DNA of 64,000 nucleotides, taken from contig JAOUOD010000004.1 in NCBI GenBank assembly GCA_029880545.1, positions 141,712 to 205,711 of the forward strand. Reading direction: 5' to 3'. This DNA comes from Gammaproteobacteria bacterium. GTDB lineage: Bacteria > Pseudomonadota > Gammaproteobacteria > Acidiferrobacterales > SZUA-150. Position 1 is the stretch's first letter; every line of letters starts with the position of its first letter. Positions 1 to 10,162 of the stretch are shown here, one piece after another. The notes below the pieces were generated by a model. That model made no database searches, was not told the origin of the DNA, and worked only from the letters and a program-made list of their open reading frames with translations. A program made the position numbers and the translations under genes.

Positions 1-13
1 GGCGATAACGATC

Positions 14-466
14 CTAGACCAGCTTGAGCTTTGCCACTGACTCATCCATCTGGATATCGTTCACCAGGCGATCAATCAGGTCGACCATGGTGTGGGATAT
101 CTGGTTGAGTTCGGCATATTTCTGTTTCGCTATCTGCAGCTCAGCCGGCGATATGCTGGCGGACTTGCCGATGAGCTTGCTGAACAGGCTTTGCGTCTGC
201 TCCCTGAAAATCAAGGCGTAGATTTGCGCATATTTCTGGTGCAGCTCTTCGTGTACACGACCGATATCGTGGAAGATGTTGTTATTGCGCAATATCTGCC
301 CGTCGGAGAAATACCACTTGCCAAACACGCAGGCTGTCTCGTTGACCGGTACCATTTCCTTTTGCACCGATGCGCCCTCGATTAACAGCAGAGCCCGGCC
401 CACCCATTCCCGATGGGCTCTCTTGGCATCCAGTATTTGCCATTTCAAATCATTATTATTTTCCAT
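14..466 (-). CDS. stand-alone CZB (chemoreceptor zinc-binding) domain protein
   Basis: 150-aa ORF with a CZB-like core (AHREW ... ACVFGKWYF ... VHEELH). No fused MCP, GGDEF or other domain. Confidence 0.65.
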   Translation of the reverse strand: MENNNDLKWQILDAKRAHREWVGRALLLIEGASVQKEMVPVNETACVFGKWYFSDGQILRNNNIFHDIGRVHEELHQKYAQIYALIFREQTQSLFSKLIGKSASISPAELQIAKQKYAELNQISHTMVDLIDRLVNDIQMDESVAKLKLV

Positions 467-727
467 TGCCCTTGTCCTCTTGTTTTTTTTGTCAATACGT
501 TCCAGTGGGCGGTATGCAGATGTTGGCGCAATTGTTCTATGCAGGAATTATGGCAACCATGATCTGCGTCAAGTCTTGACTTTATTCAGACTATTGTCTT
601 GTCGTCATCCCCGTCCTGATTGTGCCAATAAATGAAAAAGTAACGTGATATCAACTGGTTGCGGATAGTGTATTTAACTGCCAGAATTCGACCGGTCAAT
701 TATTTTAGGATATGGAGGAAGACTGAC

Positions 728-1753
728 ATGGAAAATGAGAAAACAGAAAATGACAACCAGGTGCCTGGTCCTGTCGAGCCCGCACAGGTATTTGCCACGG
801 TGATGACGCAAATGCTGGAAGATCGAGAAAAGGAGCGGGCAATCAAGCAGAAGGAGGCGCGCTGGAAAAATGTGCGTTTTTTTGCCGGTGCCGCCATCGT
901 TATTCTTACCATCGGCCTGTACGTGGGCGTCGGCTGGTACGTAGGCGGCATGGGCGGCCGTTCAGTGGATGGAGATTATGTCAGCCTGGTGCGCATCAAT
1001 GGCGTGATCTCTTCGGACAGCGAGGCGTCGGCCGGTAAAATCAATCGCAGCCTGGAAAAAGCATTCAAGGATGAAGACGCCAAGGGAGTTGTCCTGCTCA
1101 TTAACTCACCAGGCGGTGCGCCGGTTCAGAGCAGCCTTATCCATGATCGCTTATTGCAGTTGCGTAACAAGTACCCGGATCGAAAGGTTATCGCTATTGG
1201 CGAAGACCTGATGGCCAGTGGTGCGTATTTCATCGCGGCAGGGGCTCCTGAAATATACGCCAATCGTTCAACCATTGCCGGTAGCATTGGTGTTATCCGG
1301 GCGGGTTTTGGTTTCCAGAAGCTGTTACAGCAATACGGAATTGAGCGACGCGTTTTTACTGCCGGTGAAAACAAGATTCGTGCCGATGCATTTCAACCGA
1401 TACAAAGTGAAGATCGCAAGAAGCTCAATACCGTGCTTGACCAGATACATCAACACTTTATTGATGCGGTCACCACTTCGCGTGGCGATCGCCTCAAGGG
1501 TAATCGGAACAAGCTGTTTTCCGGAGACGTGTGGCTGGGCGATGAAGCTGTACAGCTCGGGTTGATTGATGGTCTCGGTGATCTGCATAGCATTATTGAA
1601 AAGAAGTTTGATGTTTCAGAGTTCAAGGATTATACGCCGAAGAAGGGCATCAAGGGACTGTTGAAAGGCATGGCTGTCTCGGTCTTGCATTCCATTGGCA
1701 TAATGGATTCCTCCGGTGATGTCTGGATGTTGTACGATAACGGACAGACTTGA
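728..1753 (+). CDS. sppA: signal peptide peptidase SppA, 36K type (S49 peptidase)
   Basis: S49 family sequence (VVLLINSPGG ... ASGAYFIAAGA ... GSIGV) with one N-terminal TM. I chose the ATG at 728 because it follows GGAGGA; the track ORF starts at TTG 659. Confidence 0.85.
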   Translation: MENEKTENDNQVPGPVEPAQVFATVMTQMLEDREKERAIKQKEARWKNVRFFAGAAIVILTIGLYVGVGWYVGGMGGRSVDGDYVSLVRINGVISSDSEASAGKINRSLEKAFKDEDAKGVVLLINSPGGAPVQSSLIHDRLLQLRNKYPDRKVIAIGEDLMASGAYFIAAGAPEIYANRSTIAGSIGVIRAGFGFQKLLQQYGIERRVFTAGENKIRADAFQPIQSEDRKKLNTVLDQIHQHFIDAVTTSRGDRLKGNRNKLFSGDVWLGDEAVQLGLIDGLGDLHSIIEKKFDVSEFKDYTPKKGIKGLLKGMAVSVLHSIGIMDSSGDVWMLYDNGQT

Positions 1754-1780
1754 TGCTGGCCGTGTTCAAATGATTTCAAG

Positions 1781-1807
1781 AGGCTTGCCCGTAACCGGGG
1801 CAAGCCT
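1781..1807 (+). terminator. 10-bp GC-rich hairpin downstream of sppA, no U-tract
   Basis: AGGCTTGCCC (1781-1790) pairs with GGGCAAGCCT (1798-1807) around a 7-nt loop. It lies 28 nt after the sppA stop and is not followed by a T-run. Confidence 0.35.
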
Positions 1808-2149
1808 GGCTTCATGAAGCCTCGTGAATTGCGCCGCGAAATCATGATTATGTTTGCCACTTGCATTATCTATCCATCACCGGGATGGCCTGGTTCCCGG
1901 GCGAAAACATGTGCTTCCGCTTCGGTCTGAACCGGGATTCCATTTGCACCAGATGTTGATTCTGGCAAGGATGCCTGCTGTCCAAAAACTCAACATGGAT
2001 GATGGGTAGTCACTGTTTTTCAGTAATACCTGTATATCCTTACAATACATCCGCAAACCGGTTCGATTGCATGTTTCACCCCGGGTCAAATGTCCTATAA
2101 TGTTAACGAGCCAGTATAATCAACAGCAGTATTTCAGATTAGCGGTTAC

Positions 2150-3070
2150 ATGAACCCGTTTTCCCTAAATGACAAAAAAGAAAAGGGAATCTTCTTTCAA
2201 AAGTTCTTTTTGACGCTGGCAGGGTTTGCCATTGTTGCCACAATCCAGATCGTGGTCATCATGGAGCAATTTGAGCCCCGGTTCGTATTGTTGCCGTTAT
2301 TGGTGAGTTCGTTGGTAGGATACCTGTTCGGGCATAATGCCGTACTGCGTCATCGCCTGGTTCTTAGCAGCCAGGCAAAATCCGATTTTCTTTCCAGGAT
2401 GAGTCATGAGTTTCGAACACCATTAACGTCCATTATCGGATTCTCGCAATACTTGCGTCACAACGGTGATCTGGATTCGGAGACGATCGATCAAGCTGCA
2501 AGAATTCACAAGGCCGGACAGCATTTGCTTGGCCTGGTTGAAGACCTGCTGCAACTGGCGCAGCTGGAAGCTGGAAAAATCCGGCTTGACTTCGAATCTG
2601 CGTGCCTGGCCGAGCAAGTCAGGGATGCCGTGCAAATGATTGAGCCGGTAGCAAAGAAGCGTGGAATCACCGTCGACAACCGGGTGGATGAGCATCCGGA
2701 TCTACTGGTCAGGGTGGACACTGTACGCTTTCGTCAGATATTAATGAACTTGTTATCCAACGCGGTAAAATACAACCGTGACAACGGTTGTATTGTCCTG
2801 TCGTTGGAGCAAACCTCTCAAGCGATGATCAGGATTAATATTATTGACACCGGACACGGCATCGAACCGGAATATATTCCACTGTTGTTCGATTATTTCT
2901 ATCGACTGGAAAGTGACATGAAAACTGTTGAAGGCACGGGCATTGGCCTGGCCATATCGAGGCAGCTTGTGGAAATCATGCATGGAGAAATAGGCGTGAT
3001 CAGTGAGCCCGGACGCGGTAGCACATTCTGGCTTGAATTTCCGGTCATGCACAGCGATGCGACCAAATAA
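2150..3070 (+). CDS. sensor histidine kinase with minimal membrane anchor (HisKA + HATPase_c)
   Basis: Two N-terminal TM segments, H-box SHEFRTPL, N-box LLSNAVKYN, and G-boxes DTGHGI and GTGIGL. No response regulator is adjacent. Confidence 0.85.
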   Translation: MNPFSLNDKKEKGIFFQKFFLTLAGFAIVATIQIVVIMEQFEPRFVLLPLLVSSLVGYLFGHNAVLRHRLVLSSQAKSDFLSRMSHEFRTPLTSIIGFSQYLRHNGDLDSETIDQAARIHKAGQHLLGLVEDLLQLAQLEAGKIRLDFESACLAEQVRDAVQMIEPVAKKRGITVDNRVDEHPDLLVRVDTVRFRQILMNLLSNAVKYNRDNGCIVLSLEQTSQAMIRINIIDTGHGIEPEYIPLLFDYFYRLESDMKTVEGTGIGLAISRQLVEIMHGEIGVISEPGRGSTFWLEFPVMHSDATK

Positions 3071-3098
3071 AAAAGGCCGGGTGAATTCGGCCTTTTTT
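3069..3098. terminator. bidirectional rho-independent terminator between the kinase and slyD
   Basis: AAAAAAGGCCG-ggtgaatt-CGGCCTTTTTT: the stem has an A-run on one side and a T-run on the other. It sits between convergent genes. Confidence 0.75.
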
Positions 3099-3113
3099 CA
3101 ATCATGCTTCTGT

Positions 3114-3602
3114 TTAGTGATGGTGTCCGCCCGGTCCATGAACATGACCGTGATCGAGTTCCTCGGCACTGGCTTCACGTACTTCAAGAATCTCGATATC
3201 AAACGTGAGCTTCTCACCAGCCAGTTCATTATTACCGTCCACGGTAATCATTTCCTCGCTGACTGCGGTAACCGTAACAAGTGTCGGGCCGTGGCTGGAA
3301 TCAGCCTGGAAGCGCATGCCTACCTCGATCTGCTGATCAAAGCCCTGGAACATGCTGCGCGGAACTTCCTGGATAAGCGCTTCATCGCGAGCGCCGTAGC
3401 CTTCTTCCGGCTCGACATCCACACGCAGGCTGTCGCCGGCGGATTTGCCTTCGAGTGCCTTTTCCAGGCCCGGGATAATATTGCCGTGGCCATGCAGATA
3501 GGCCAACGGGTCAGAATTCTTGGAGCTCTCAAGTTGTTCGCCGGTCTCGTTGAACAAGGTGTAGTGCATGGTGACAACGGCGTTTTTGGTGATTGAAGTC
3601 AT
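3114..3602 (-). CDS. slyD: FKBP-type peptidyl-prolyl cis-trans isomerase SlyD
   Basis: FKBP plus IF-domain sequence (VVTMHYTL ... [13 protein letters not shown]) and a His-rich C-terminal tail ([12 protein letters not shown]). Confidence 0.9.
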   Translation of the reverse strand: MTSITKNAVVTMHYTLFNETGEQLESSKNSDPLAYLHGHGNIIPGLEKALEGKSAGDSLRVDVEPEEGYGARDEALIQEVPRSMFQGFDQQIEVGMRFQADSSHGPTLVTVTAVSEEMITVDGNNELAGEKLTFDIEILEVREASAEELDHGHVHGPGGHHH

Positions 3603-3793
3603 AGAAGGTCCTAACAGTGACTAAAGGTGGTAACAGGAATAGTGGCCTGTATCGCGTGTAGTGCAGTCGGCATATGCAGTGTGCAGAGCATCGCTTTGGT
3701 GATGTGCCGGACTGAACGGGTGAAAATGTGGCGCAAGTATACGCCAACTGGAGCAATTTTGATATGAACAGCTCGCCGGTTGCCGCGCCGGGC

Positions 3794-4960
3794 TCAGAGT
3801 CGATCGCGCCGGTCCTGCACCATGAACCCGCGTAATAGAGTATTGATGTGCTTGCCCAGACCGATAACTTTGAAGAGTTCGCCCATCTCCGAGGGCTGGG
3901 TCAGCTTGCTGATCTGTGCTGCCATGGACAGGCGTGTCCTGTCATCGGCCAGGTCCAGGTCGGCAGCCAGTTGTTCCAGGCCGCAGCCGATCAGGAATGC
4001 AGCCTGGCTGGTGTAACCGGCTACGTCCAGGCCGTTATCCACGGCCGCCTGGGCAACGGCGGTAAAATCAACGTGCGCAGTAATATCCTGAAGCCCGGTC
4101 AGAACCAGCGGGTTGTCGTGGGAGTGATGTTTGTAATGACACATCAATGTGCCTTCGCGTCGATCAGCGTGGTAGTACTCGTGTTCGGGAAAGCCGTAGT
4201 CGATCAGCAGCACAAGCCCCTGGTCAATGATGTCAGCAAGACTGGCGATCCAGGCTTCGGCATTGAAATTGATTTCCGAAATGTAAGGAGCGGAAAGTCC
4301 GAGTCGGTTAACACGCCCGGTCAATACGTCGTTCGCCGGTTGCCGTTGCCAGCACAGCTCGCCATTTTCGGTTGCGACACCAAGCTGTTCGATACCATTG
4401 CCCGATAACAGGAAACGTTCAACCGGCATGGCATCCAGCAACTCGTTGGCGATAATAATTCCCCTGAAGCGTGTCGGTAAGGTATCGAGCCAAAGTACCC
4501 GGTCGGCAAGCTGCGGCAAGGTACTGCCAAGCAGTTGTTGTTGTCGTTGTCGCAGGTCGGCACTGACTTCGAGAATATAATAGTGTGCGGGCAGCTGGCC
4601 CAGTTGCTCCAGCCGGGCGAGCATATCGCAGGCCAGTTTGCCGCTGCCGGCACCGATCTCAAGAATGTCAGCATTATCGACATCCCCTATGATATCGGCG
4701 CATTGTTGTGCCAGGCAGTAACCAAACAGTGACGAGATTTCCGGGGCGGTGATGAAGTCACCGGCTTCACCAAACTTGTTTTTGCCGGCCGTGTAGTAGC
4801 CAAGGCCGGGTGCATACAGTGCCAGATGCATGAACTCGGCAAAGCTGATGGAACCGCCATTGCGGTTTATGCGATTAATAATATGGTCTTTTACCTGGTC
4901 GCCGAATTGTTGTTCTGTTGCATCGGCAGTCGGCAGTCCGGCGGGTATTGTCTGGTTCAT
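3794..4960 (-). CDS. SAM-dependent methyltransferase, MidA/NDUFAF7 (DUF185) family
   Basis: 388 aa with a typical DUF185 N-terminus (ISFAEFMHLALYAPGLGYY ... GDFITAPEIS) and SAM motif ILEIGAGSG. Confidence 0.8.
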   Translation of the reverse strand: MNQTIPAGLPTADATEQQFGDQVKDHIINRINRNGGSISFAEFMHLALYAPGLGYYTAGKNKFGEAGDFITAPEISSLFGYCLAQQCADIIGDVDNADILEIGAGSGKLACDMLARLEQLGQLPAHYYILEVSADLRQRQQQLLGSTLPQLADRVLWLDTLPTRFRGIIIANELLDAMPVERFLLSGNGIEQLGVATENGELCWQRQPANDVLTGRVNRLGLSAPYISEINFNAEAWIASLADIIDQGLVLLIDYGFPEHEYYHADRREGTLMCHYKHHSHDNPLVLTGLQDITAHVDFTAVAQAAVDNGLDVAGYTSQAAFLIGCGLEQLAADLDLADDRTRLSMAAQISKLTQPSEMGELFKVIGLGKHINTLLRGFMVQDRRDRL

Positions 4961-5047
4961 GGTTCCACGGCAAATACGGTTTCAAGCCGTATCATAATAG
5001 GGTATTGTCCCTGATTCGAGCATTGTTCGGTACGGAGAAAGGGGTTT

Positions 5048-5797
5048 ATGACGGAAATATCGCTGGCGGGCAAGGTAGCGCTGATATCCGGTGGTGCGCG
5101 CCGTATTGGTGCCGAGGTATCGCGACGACTGCACGCCGAAGGCATGAACCTGGTTATTCATTACCATTCCTCCGAGAAAGACGCGCACGAACTGCAGCGG
5201 GAGTTGCTGGAAAAACGGGCCGATTCCGTGATGCTGGTCCAGGGCGATATCCTTAACGTGGCCAAGCTGCGTAACCTGGTCCAGGAAACCGTCAGCGAAT
5301 TCAAGCGTATCGACGTGCTGTTGAATAATGCATCGACGTTTTACCCGACACCTATTGATGAGGCCGATGAAAAACAGTGGGATGACCTGCTGGGCACCAA
5401 CCTGAAGGCACCGTTTTTCCTGGCACAGGCAGCGGCTCCGCATTTGCGCAAGAGTCGTGGTTGTATTATCAATATGGCCGATATTCATGGTGATCGACCA
5501 TTGAAACATCACCCCATATACAGTATTGCCAAGGCCGGCACGATGATGCTGACCAAGTCCCTGGCCCGTGAGCTGGGTCCGGAAATCCGCGTGAACGGCA
5601 TCGCCCCGGGGGCGATCATGTGGCCGGAGAACGACATGGACGAGATGGCCAAGCAGCGCATAATTTCGCGCACCCCGTTAAAGGCCAGCGGAAACCCGGA
5701 TGACATTGCCCGAACTGTACTGTTCCTGGTGAAGGATGCGCCGTTTGTAACGGGACACGTGATCCCCGTCTGCGGTGGGCGATCGGTAATGCTATAA
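5048..5797 (+). CDS. short-chain dehydrogenase, pteridine reductase-like
   Basis: SDR Rossmann motif GGARRIG and YSIAK catalytic motif. It sits in a pterin context next to folK and folB. Confidence 0.7.
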   Translation: MTEISLAGKVALISGGARRIGAEVSRRLHAEGMNLVIHYHSSEKDAHELQRELLEKRADSVMLVQGDILNVAKLRNLVQETVSEFKRIDVLLNNASTFYPTPIDEADEKQWDDLLGTNLKAPFFLAQAAAPHLRKSRGCIINMADIHGDRPLKHHPIYSIAKAGTMMLTKSLARELGPEIRVNGIAPGAIMWPENDMDEMAKQRIISRTPLKASGNPDDIARTVLFLVKDAPFVTGHVIPVCGGRSVML

Positions 5798-5803
5798 ACC
5801 CGG

Positions 5804-6280
5804 TTAAATTTGTACAGCCTTCAGTTCCTGCCCGTTCAGATCAAAGTCCTCCCATAACTCGCACATACTCTTTTGACTAACCGGGTGCAACAGCTCCGGG
5901 GAAATGTCGCACAGCGGCTTCAGAACAAACGCATACCGTGCGATTTCATCACGTGGTATGCGCAACGAATCTATCACTTCATTGCCATAGAGCAACATGT
6001 CCAGGTCCAGGGTGCGTGAAGCAAACTGCTTGTCGGACTTCAGGCGACCGGATTCGCGCTCAATACTGTTCAGCCGGTCATGGATCTGTTCAGCCGATTG
6101 CCCGGAATCAAAGGCAACAACCATGTTAAGAAAATCAGGGCCCTTGAAGCCTATGGCATTGGTGCGGTAGACAGGCGATTCGATCAGGTCACCAAAAAAC
6201 TGTCGCAAGCTGCTGACAGCAAAGCGGACCTGTTTTTCCGGTTCAACATTGCTGCCGATACTGACATAGACACGTGGCAT
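5804..6280 (-). CDS. folK: 2-amino-4-hydroxy-6-hydroxymethyldihydropteridine diphosphokinase
   Basis: HPPK sequence (VYVSIGSN ... RTLDLDMLLYG ... IPRDEI). Its start lies 4 nt after the folB stop. Confidence 0.9.
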   Translation of the reverse strand: MPRVYVSIGSNVEPEKQVRFAVSSLRQFFGDLIESPVYRTNAIGFKGPDFLNMVVAFDSGQSAEQIHDRLNSIERESGRLKSDKQFASRTLDLDMLLYGNEVIDSLRIPRDEIARYAFVLKPLCDISPELLHPVSQKSMCELWEDFDLNGQELKAVQI

Positions 6281-6284
6281 CGCG

Positions 6285-6635
6285 TTACTGCTTGCGCTCG
6301 ATTACCACGCCGACGTCACGGGCATCGCGTAGCGCGCCTTTTTTGTTTAATGTAAGGCGCACCGAACGGGCGCCGAACTCAGTGAGAACGGTTTGAGCAA
6401 TCGTTTCGGCAAGTTTTTCCACCAGGCCGAAGGGTTGTGCGGATGCGACTTCCTGCAATCGTTTCGAAAGAGCCTTGTAGTCCAGCGTGTCCTTGATATC
6501 ATCACTTGCAGCTGCCTTGCTGATATCGGTGCCGATTTCCAGGTCAACGCGTACAGTCTGGGTCGTGGCGCGCTCCCAGTCCCAGATACCGATGACGCAC
6601 TCGATTTTCAGCTCCTTTATGAAGATAATGTCCAC
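6285..6635 (-). CDS. folB: dihydroneopterin aldolase
   Basis: FolB core (DIIFIKELKIECVIGIWDWER ... LDYKALS ... LVEKLAE). I chose GTG 6635, giving 117 aa, the usual FolB size. The track ORF extends to 6764 with a non-FolB-like leader. Confidence 0.85.
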   Translation of the reverse strand: MDIIFIKELKIECVIGIWDWERATTQTVRVDLEIGTDISKAAASDDIKDTLDYKALSKRLQEVASAQPFGLVEKLAETIAQTVLTEFGARSVRLTLNKKGALRDARDVGVVIERKQ

Positions 6636-6768
6636 GTTTTCGGCTTCCCGTGTTGGTGTGGCAGCACTATACCGAAATCGGGAAAAACTGTCCCGCGAGG
6701 ACTGCATGAAAAACGTGACAAGATCAATAACCTGTTCTGGAACCGGATAAACTGACGCAGACACCGCT

Positions 6769-7365
6769 ATGACCTATTTATATATCTTGCCTGTTATTGC
6801 CTACCTGCTGGGCTCGTTATCATCAGCGATTATTATTGCCAGGTTGACCGGCATTAAGGATCCGCGCGAGGTTGGGTCGGGCAATCCCGGCGCCACCAAT
6901 ATCCTGCGTTACGGTGGCAAGAAACTGGCCGCCATTACCTTGCTGGGTGACGTGCTCAAGGGCGTGATCCCGGTGGTGCTTGCAAGGCTTATTACTGCTG
7001 ACCCGCTCATCCTGTCGCTGGTTGCCGGCAGTGCATTCCTGGGTCACTTGTTCCCGGTATTTTTTGGTTTCAAGGGTGGCAAGGGCGTGGCCACCGCACT
7101 GGGTGTATTTCTTGGCCTGAACCCGTTATTGGCCGCGTCACTGATGGGCACTTGGCTGGCGATGGCCGTGGTATTCCGGTATTCATCGTTGTCCGCACTG
7201 GTGGCGGCAGTGATGGCGCCGGTATATAGCTGGTGGCTGTTGCCGGGCAACGCCTACCTGGCCATGAGCGCCATGGTTGCGGTGTTGCTGGTGTATCGCC
7301 ATAAGGGCAATATCCAGCGCCTGCTAAAAGGTGAAGAAGACAGGATAGGCAGCAAGAAGAAATAG
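6769..7365 (+). CDS. plsY: glycerol-3-phosphate acyltransferase PlsY
   Basis: Polytopic membrane protein with PlsY motifs (GSGNPGATN, GGKGVAT). It is divergent from folB, as in E. coli. Confidence 0.92.
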   Translation: MTYLYILPVIAYLLGSLSSAIIIARLTGIKDPREVGSGNPGATNILRYGGKKLAAITLLGDVLKGVIPVVLARLITADPLILSLVAGSAFLGHLFPVFFGFKGGKGVATALGVFLGLNPLLAASLMGTWLAMAVVFRYSSLSALVAAVMAPVYSWWLLPGNAYLAMSAMVAVLLVYRHKGNIQRLLKGEEDRIGSKKK

Positions 7366-7414
7366 TTTCCGCCTTGCGTTGAAGCGCTGTCGACGCCGGC
7401 AATAGCCGACAAAC

Positions 7415-8434
7415 CTATTTCACGGGACGAAGTTCCTCAATGCGCCAGCGTGGAAAGACGTTGAATTCCGTGCCTTGCCGTTCACCGGCGAGCAACCGCG
7501 CGGCACCGGCATAGGCGATCATGGCGCCGTTATCGGTTGAGAATTCGAGTGGCGGGAAAAATACACGCCAGCCGTGTTTATCGGCCATGGCATTGAACGT
7601 GTCACGCAGTCGCCGGTTGGCTGATACGCCACCGGCAACCACCAGTTCGCGTTGACCGGCTTCCTTCATGGCGCGTTCGCACTTGATGCGCAAGGTATCG
7701 ATGGCAGCCTGCTCGAATGCCAGGGCAATGTCCGCGACCAGCTGGTCATTCAAATCAAATTTTTCTGCCTCGGTAGCCACCGCGGTTTTTAATCCACTAA
7801 AACTGAAATCAAGGCCAGGTCGATCAGTCATGGGTCGGGGAAAACGGAACCGGCCGTCGATACCGTTTTGGGCTACCCGCGAAATGGCCGGGCCACCGGG
7901 ATAGCCCAGGCCCAGCAGCTTCGCGGTTTTGTCAAAGGCCTCGCCGACAGCATCATCAATGGATTCGCCAAGAATCCGGTATTCGCCAATGGCCTGTACG
8001 TCAGCGATCAAGGTGTGGCCACCGGAAACCAGCAAGGCCAGGAACGGAAACGTTGGTGTGTTTTCGGTATCCAGCATTGGCGACAGCAAGTGGCCTTCCA
8101 TGTGGTGAACCGCAACGGCGGGAATGCCCCAGCCCCAGGCCAGGCTGCGACCCACCGAGGCGCCTACCAGCAATGCACCGGCCAGGCCCGGCCCGGCGGT
8201 ATAGGCAACGGCATCCAGGTTTGCACCGTCTACGCCGGCTTCATCCAGCACCGCGCGTACCAGTGGCATCAACTTGCGAATGTGGTCGCGTGACGCCAGC
8301 TCCGGAACAACACCGCCATACTCGGCGTGGGTCTTGATTTGTGAATACAGTTTATGTGCCAGCAAGCCCTTGTCAGTGTCAAAGACAGCAACGCCGGTAT
8401 CATCGCAGGATGTTTCAAGCCCGAGAATTTTCAT
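7415..8434 (-). CDS. tsaD: tRNA N6-adenosine threonylcarbamoyltransferase TsaD
   Basis: [17 protein letters not shown] ... HHMEGH ... VSGGHT ... GGVSAN. I chose ATG 8434; the track ORF extends to 8512. Confidence 0.93.
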   Translation of the reverse strand: MKILGLETSCDDTGVAVFDTDKGLLAHKLYSQIKTHAEYGGVVPELASRDHIRKLMPLVRAVLDEAGVDGANLDAVAYTAGPGLAGALLVGASVGRSLAWGWGIPAVAVHHMEGHLLSPMLDTENTPTFPFLALLVSGGHTLIADVQAIGEYRILGESIDDAVGEAFDKTAKLLGLGYPGGPAISRVAQNGIDGRFRFPRPMTDRPGLDFSFSGLKTAVATEAEKFDLNDQLVADIALAFEQAAIDTLRIKCERAMKEAGQRELVVAGGVSANRRLRDTFNAMADKHGWRVFFPPLEFSTDNGAMIAYAGAARLLAGERQGTEFNVFPRWRIEELRPVK

Positions 8435-8561
8435 GGCCGTTATTGTGCGGCAAGTCGACGTTTGCGCCAACCGTTGTTGAGGTTTTTGCCGTTGTTGCGA
8501 CCAGTCAGTCAATTTGTTACCAATTACTGAATCATCAAATCACAAAAAAGGATCGGTTCAG

Positions 8562-9101
8562 GTGATTATCAGGAAGGCCAGGCTCGAAGACGCTGATGCG
8601 CTTGCTGAAATTCATGTGCGCGCATGGCAGTCTGCCTATCGTGGCATGATGTCGGATGCGTTTCTGGATGGTTTGAGCGTCACCGATCGTGCAGCCGGTT
8701 GGCGCACGTGGCTGGTTTCTGAAGACGTTCAGCGTGTGCTGGTGGTCGAGCCTGGTCAACTGGCGGAGCCTGGCCTCGCCGGTTTTTGCGTTTTTGGCAA
8801 AAGCCGTGATGCTGATCTGGCCAACAGCAATGCGGCCGAGCTGTATGCCATCAATGTTCACCCGCAGTACTGGCGCCACGGGTATGGCAGCAGCTTGTGT
8901 AACGAGGTGATTAACCAGGTTGTATCGGCGGCCTGGTCAGCCTTGAGCCTGTGGGTGATCCGGGACAATCATCGGGCGCGTGAGTTTTATCAGGCCATGG
9001 GGTTTGTTGCCGATGGCATCGAGCGTATTGACTCGGGATTGATCGGCGAATCCCTGCATGAATTGCGTTATGTGCGGACGATTACTGATGCCCGGGTTTG
9101 A
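8562..9101 (+). CDS. GNAT family N-acetyltransferase
   Basis: IRKARLEDADALAEIHVRAW ... acetyl-CoA motif RHGYGSSL ... RAREFYQAMGF. GTG 8562 follows AAGGA; TTG 8514 is an alternative start. Confidence 0.8.
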   Translation: MIIRKARLEDADALAEIHVRAWQSAYRGMMSDAFLDGLSVTDRAAGWRTWLVSEDVQRVLVVEPGQLAEPGLAGFCVFGKSRDADLANSNAAELYAINVHPQYWRHGYGSSLCNEVINQVVSAAWSALSLWVIRDNHRAREFYQAMGFVADGIERIDSGLIGESLHELRYVRTITDARV

Positions 9102-9123
9102 AGCGTCACTGGCATCAAATTGA

Positions 9124-10050
9124 CTATGGAGTGGTGCGTGGCTTTACCCGGAAGAACGCCATGGCATTGTCTATCCGGAGTTTCCGGCGCAAGGATTTCG
9201 GCAAGCTCTTGAGCCAGCGTCGGTGAAAGTTGAGATACTCCCTGACGTGCTGCCAGCCGGTGTCCGGTTCTTCCATGGCGGATTCTTTTTCCACCGGCCA
9301 GAACGGGTCAGAACCTATCATGAACCGATCCGGGTAGCGTTGAACCAGTTCCGCCCAGCTTGGCAGCAGGGCGCCGGATTCATCAACAATGGCAGACTGG
9401 GTATAGCGCATGTGATCGCGCGCGGAAAATTCGGTCCAGGTATTCGGGCAGGCTTCAAACAAGTTACCGATTTGCCGGGCACTGAGCAGGCCGCCGGCAT
9501 GGGCGATGAGGAAGCGGGCCGCGGGATATTGCCGGCATAGCGGGATGAAATAGCGTTCGCTGGATGTCTCGATATGGATCAGGAGCGGTACGTCGTAGCG
9601 GATTCCGAGCCGGATCAGCCCATGGAGGATGTCGTTTTTCAGGTTCGGACCGAGCCCGGCAACCAGGTGAATTTCACCAATGCCTTTGTACTGGCCGGAT
9701 GCCAGTGCCCGGCGCGTCCGTGGCAGGACGGTATCATCGGCAAACCAGCGATGCCGTTGATGCGGGCTGAAATAAGGCCTGAACAGCGGGATGACCCGGT
9801 CGCCACCGGCTTGCTGCAGGGTCAGCGCCAACTCGGGCGGTGTGGACGAGACCACGGCCAGCTGGACATTTTGCCGGTCGAGAATTGCCATGGCTTCATC
9901 GGCAGTGGTTACGCCTTCCTGGTTACCATTGTAATGCAGGTGTACGTCGGCAATTGCCGGCGGCAATGACGGTTGCTTTGCTTTCGGGGTGCTGCCACAG
10001 CCGGCGAGCACGACTATGAATGTGAAGTAAAACAATCTGAACGTCGGCAT
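9124..10050 (-). CDS. amidohydrolase-family (TIM-barrel metal hydrolase) lipoprotein
   Basis: Lipobox LAGC after a signal peptide, then an HLH metal motif (ADVHLHY) and later IHIE and AHAGG, as in amidohydrolase_2-type proteins. Confidence 0.65.
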   Translation of the reverse strand: MPTFRLFYFTFIVVLAGCGSTPKAKQPSLPPAIADVHLHYNGNQEGVTTADEAMAILDRQNVQLAVVSSTPPELALTLQQAGGDRVIPLFRPYFSPHQRHRWFADDTVLPRTRRALASGQYKGIGEIHLVAGLGPNLKNDILHGLIRLGIRYDVPLLIHIETSSERYFIPLCRQYPAARFLIAHAGGLLSARQIGNLFEACPNTWTEFSARDHMRYTQSAIVDESGALLPSWAELVQRYPDRFMIGSDPFWPVEKESAMEEPDTGWQHVREYLNFHRRWLKSLPKSLRRKLRIDNAMAFFRVKPRTTP

Positions 10051-10162
10051 GACGGAGTGATAATTTTCCTTGGCACGTGAATAAGGCCGGGTTTTGCCGG
10101 CATGTTACCGGGTTGATGCTGCCGGCAGTGCTGTTTTATTGGCATCTCGTACCGGGTGCTAA

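Noticed and set aside
1877-2089. A 70-aa minus-strand ORF, and the 1630-1866 ORF, in the sppA-kinase gap.
   Set aside because: There is no RBS. The composition is Cys, Arg and Trp-rich and non-protein-like. One of the two overlaps the sppA 3' end. I treat them as non-coding.
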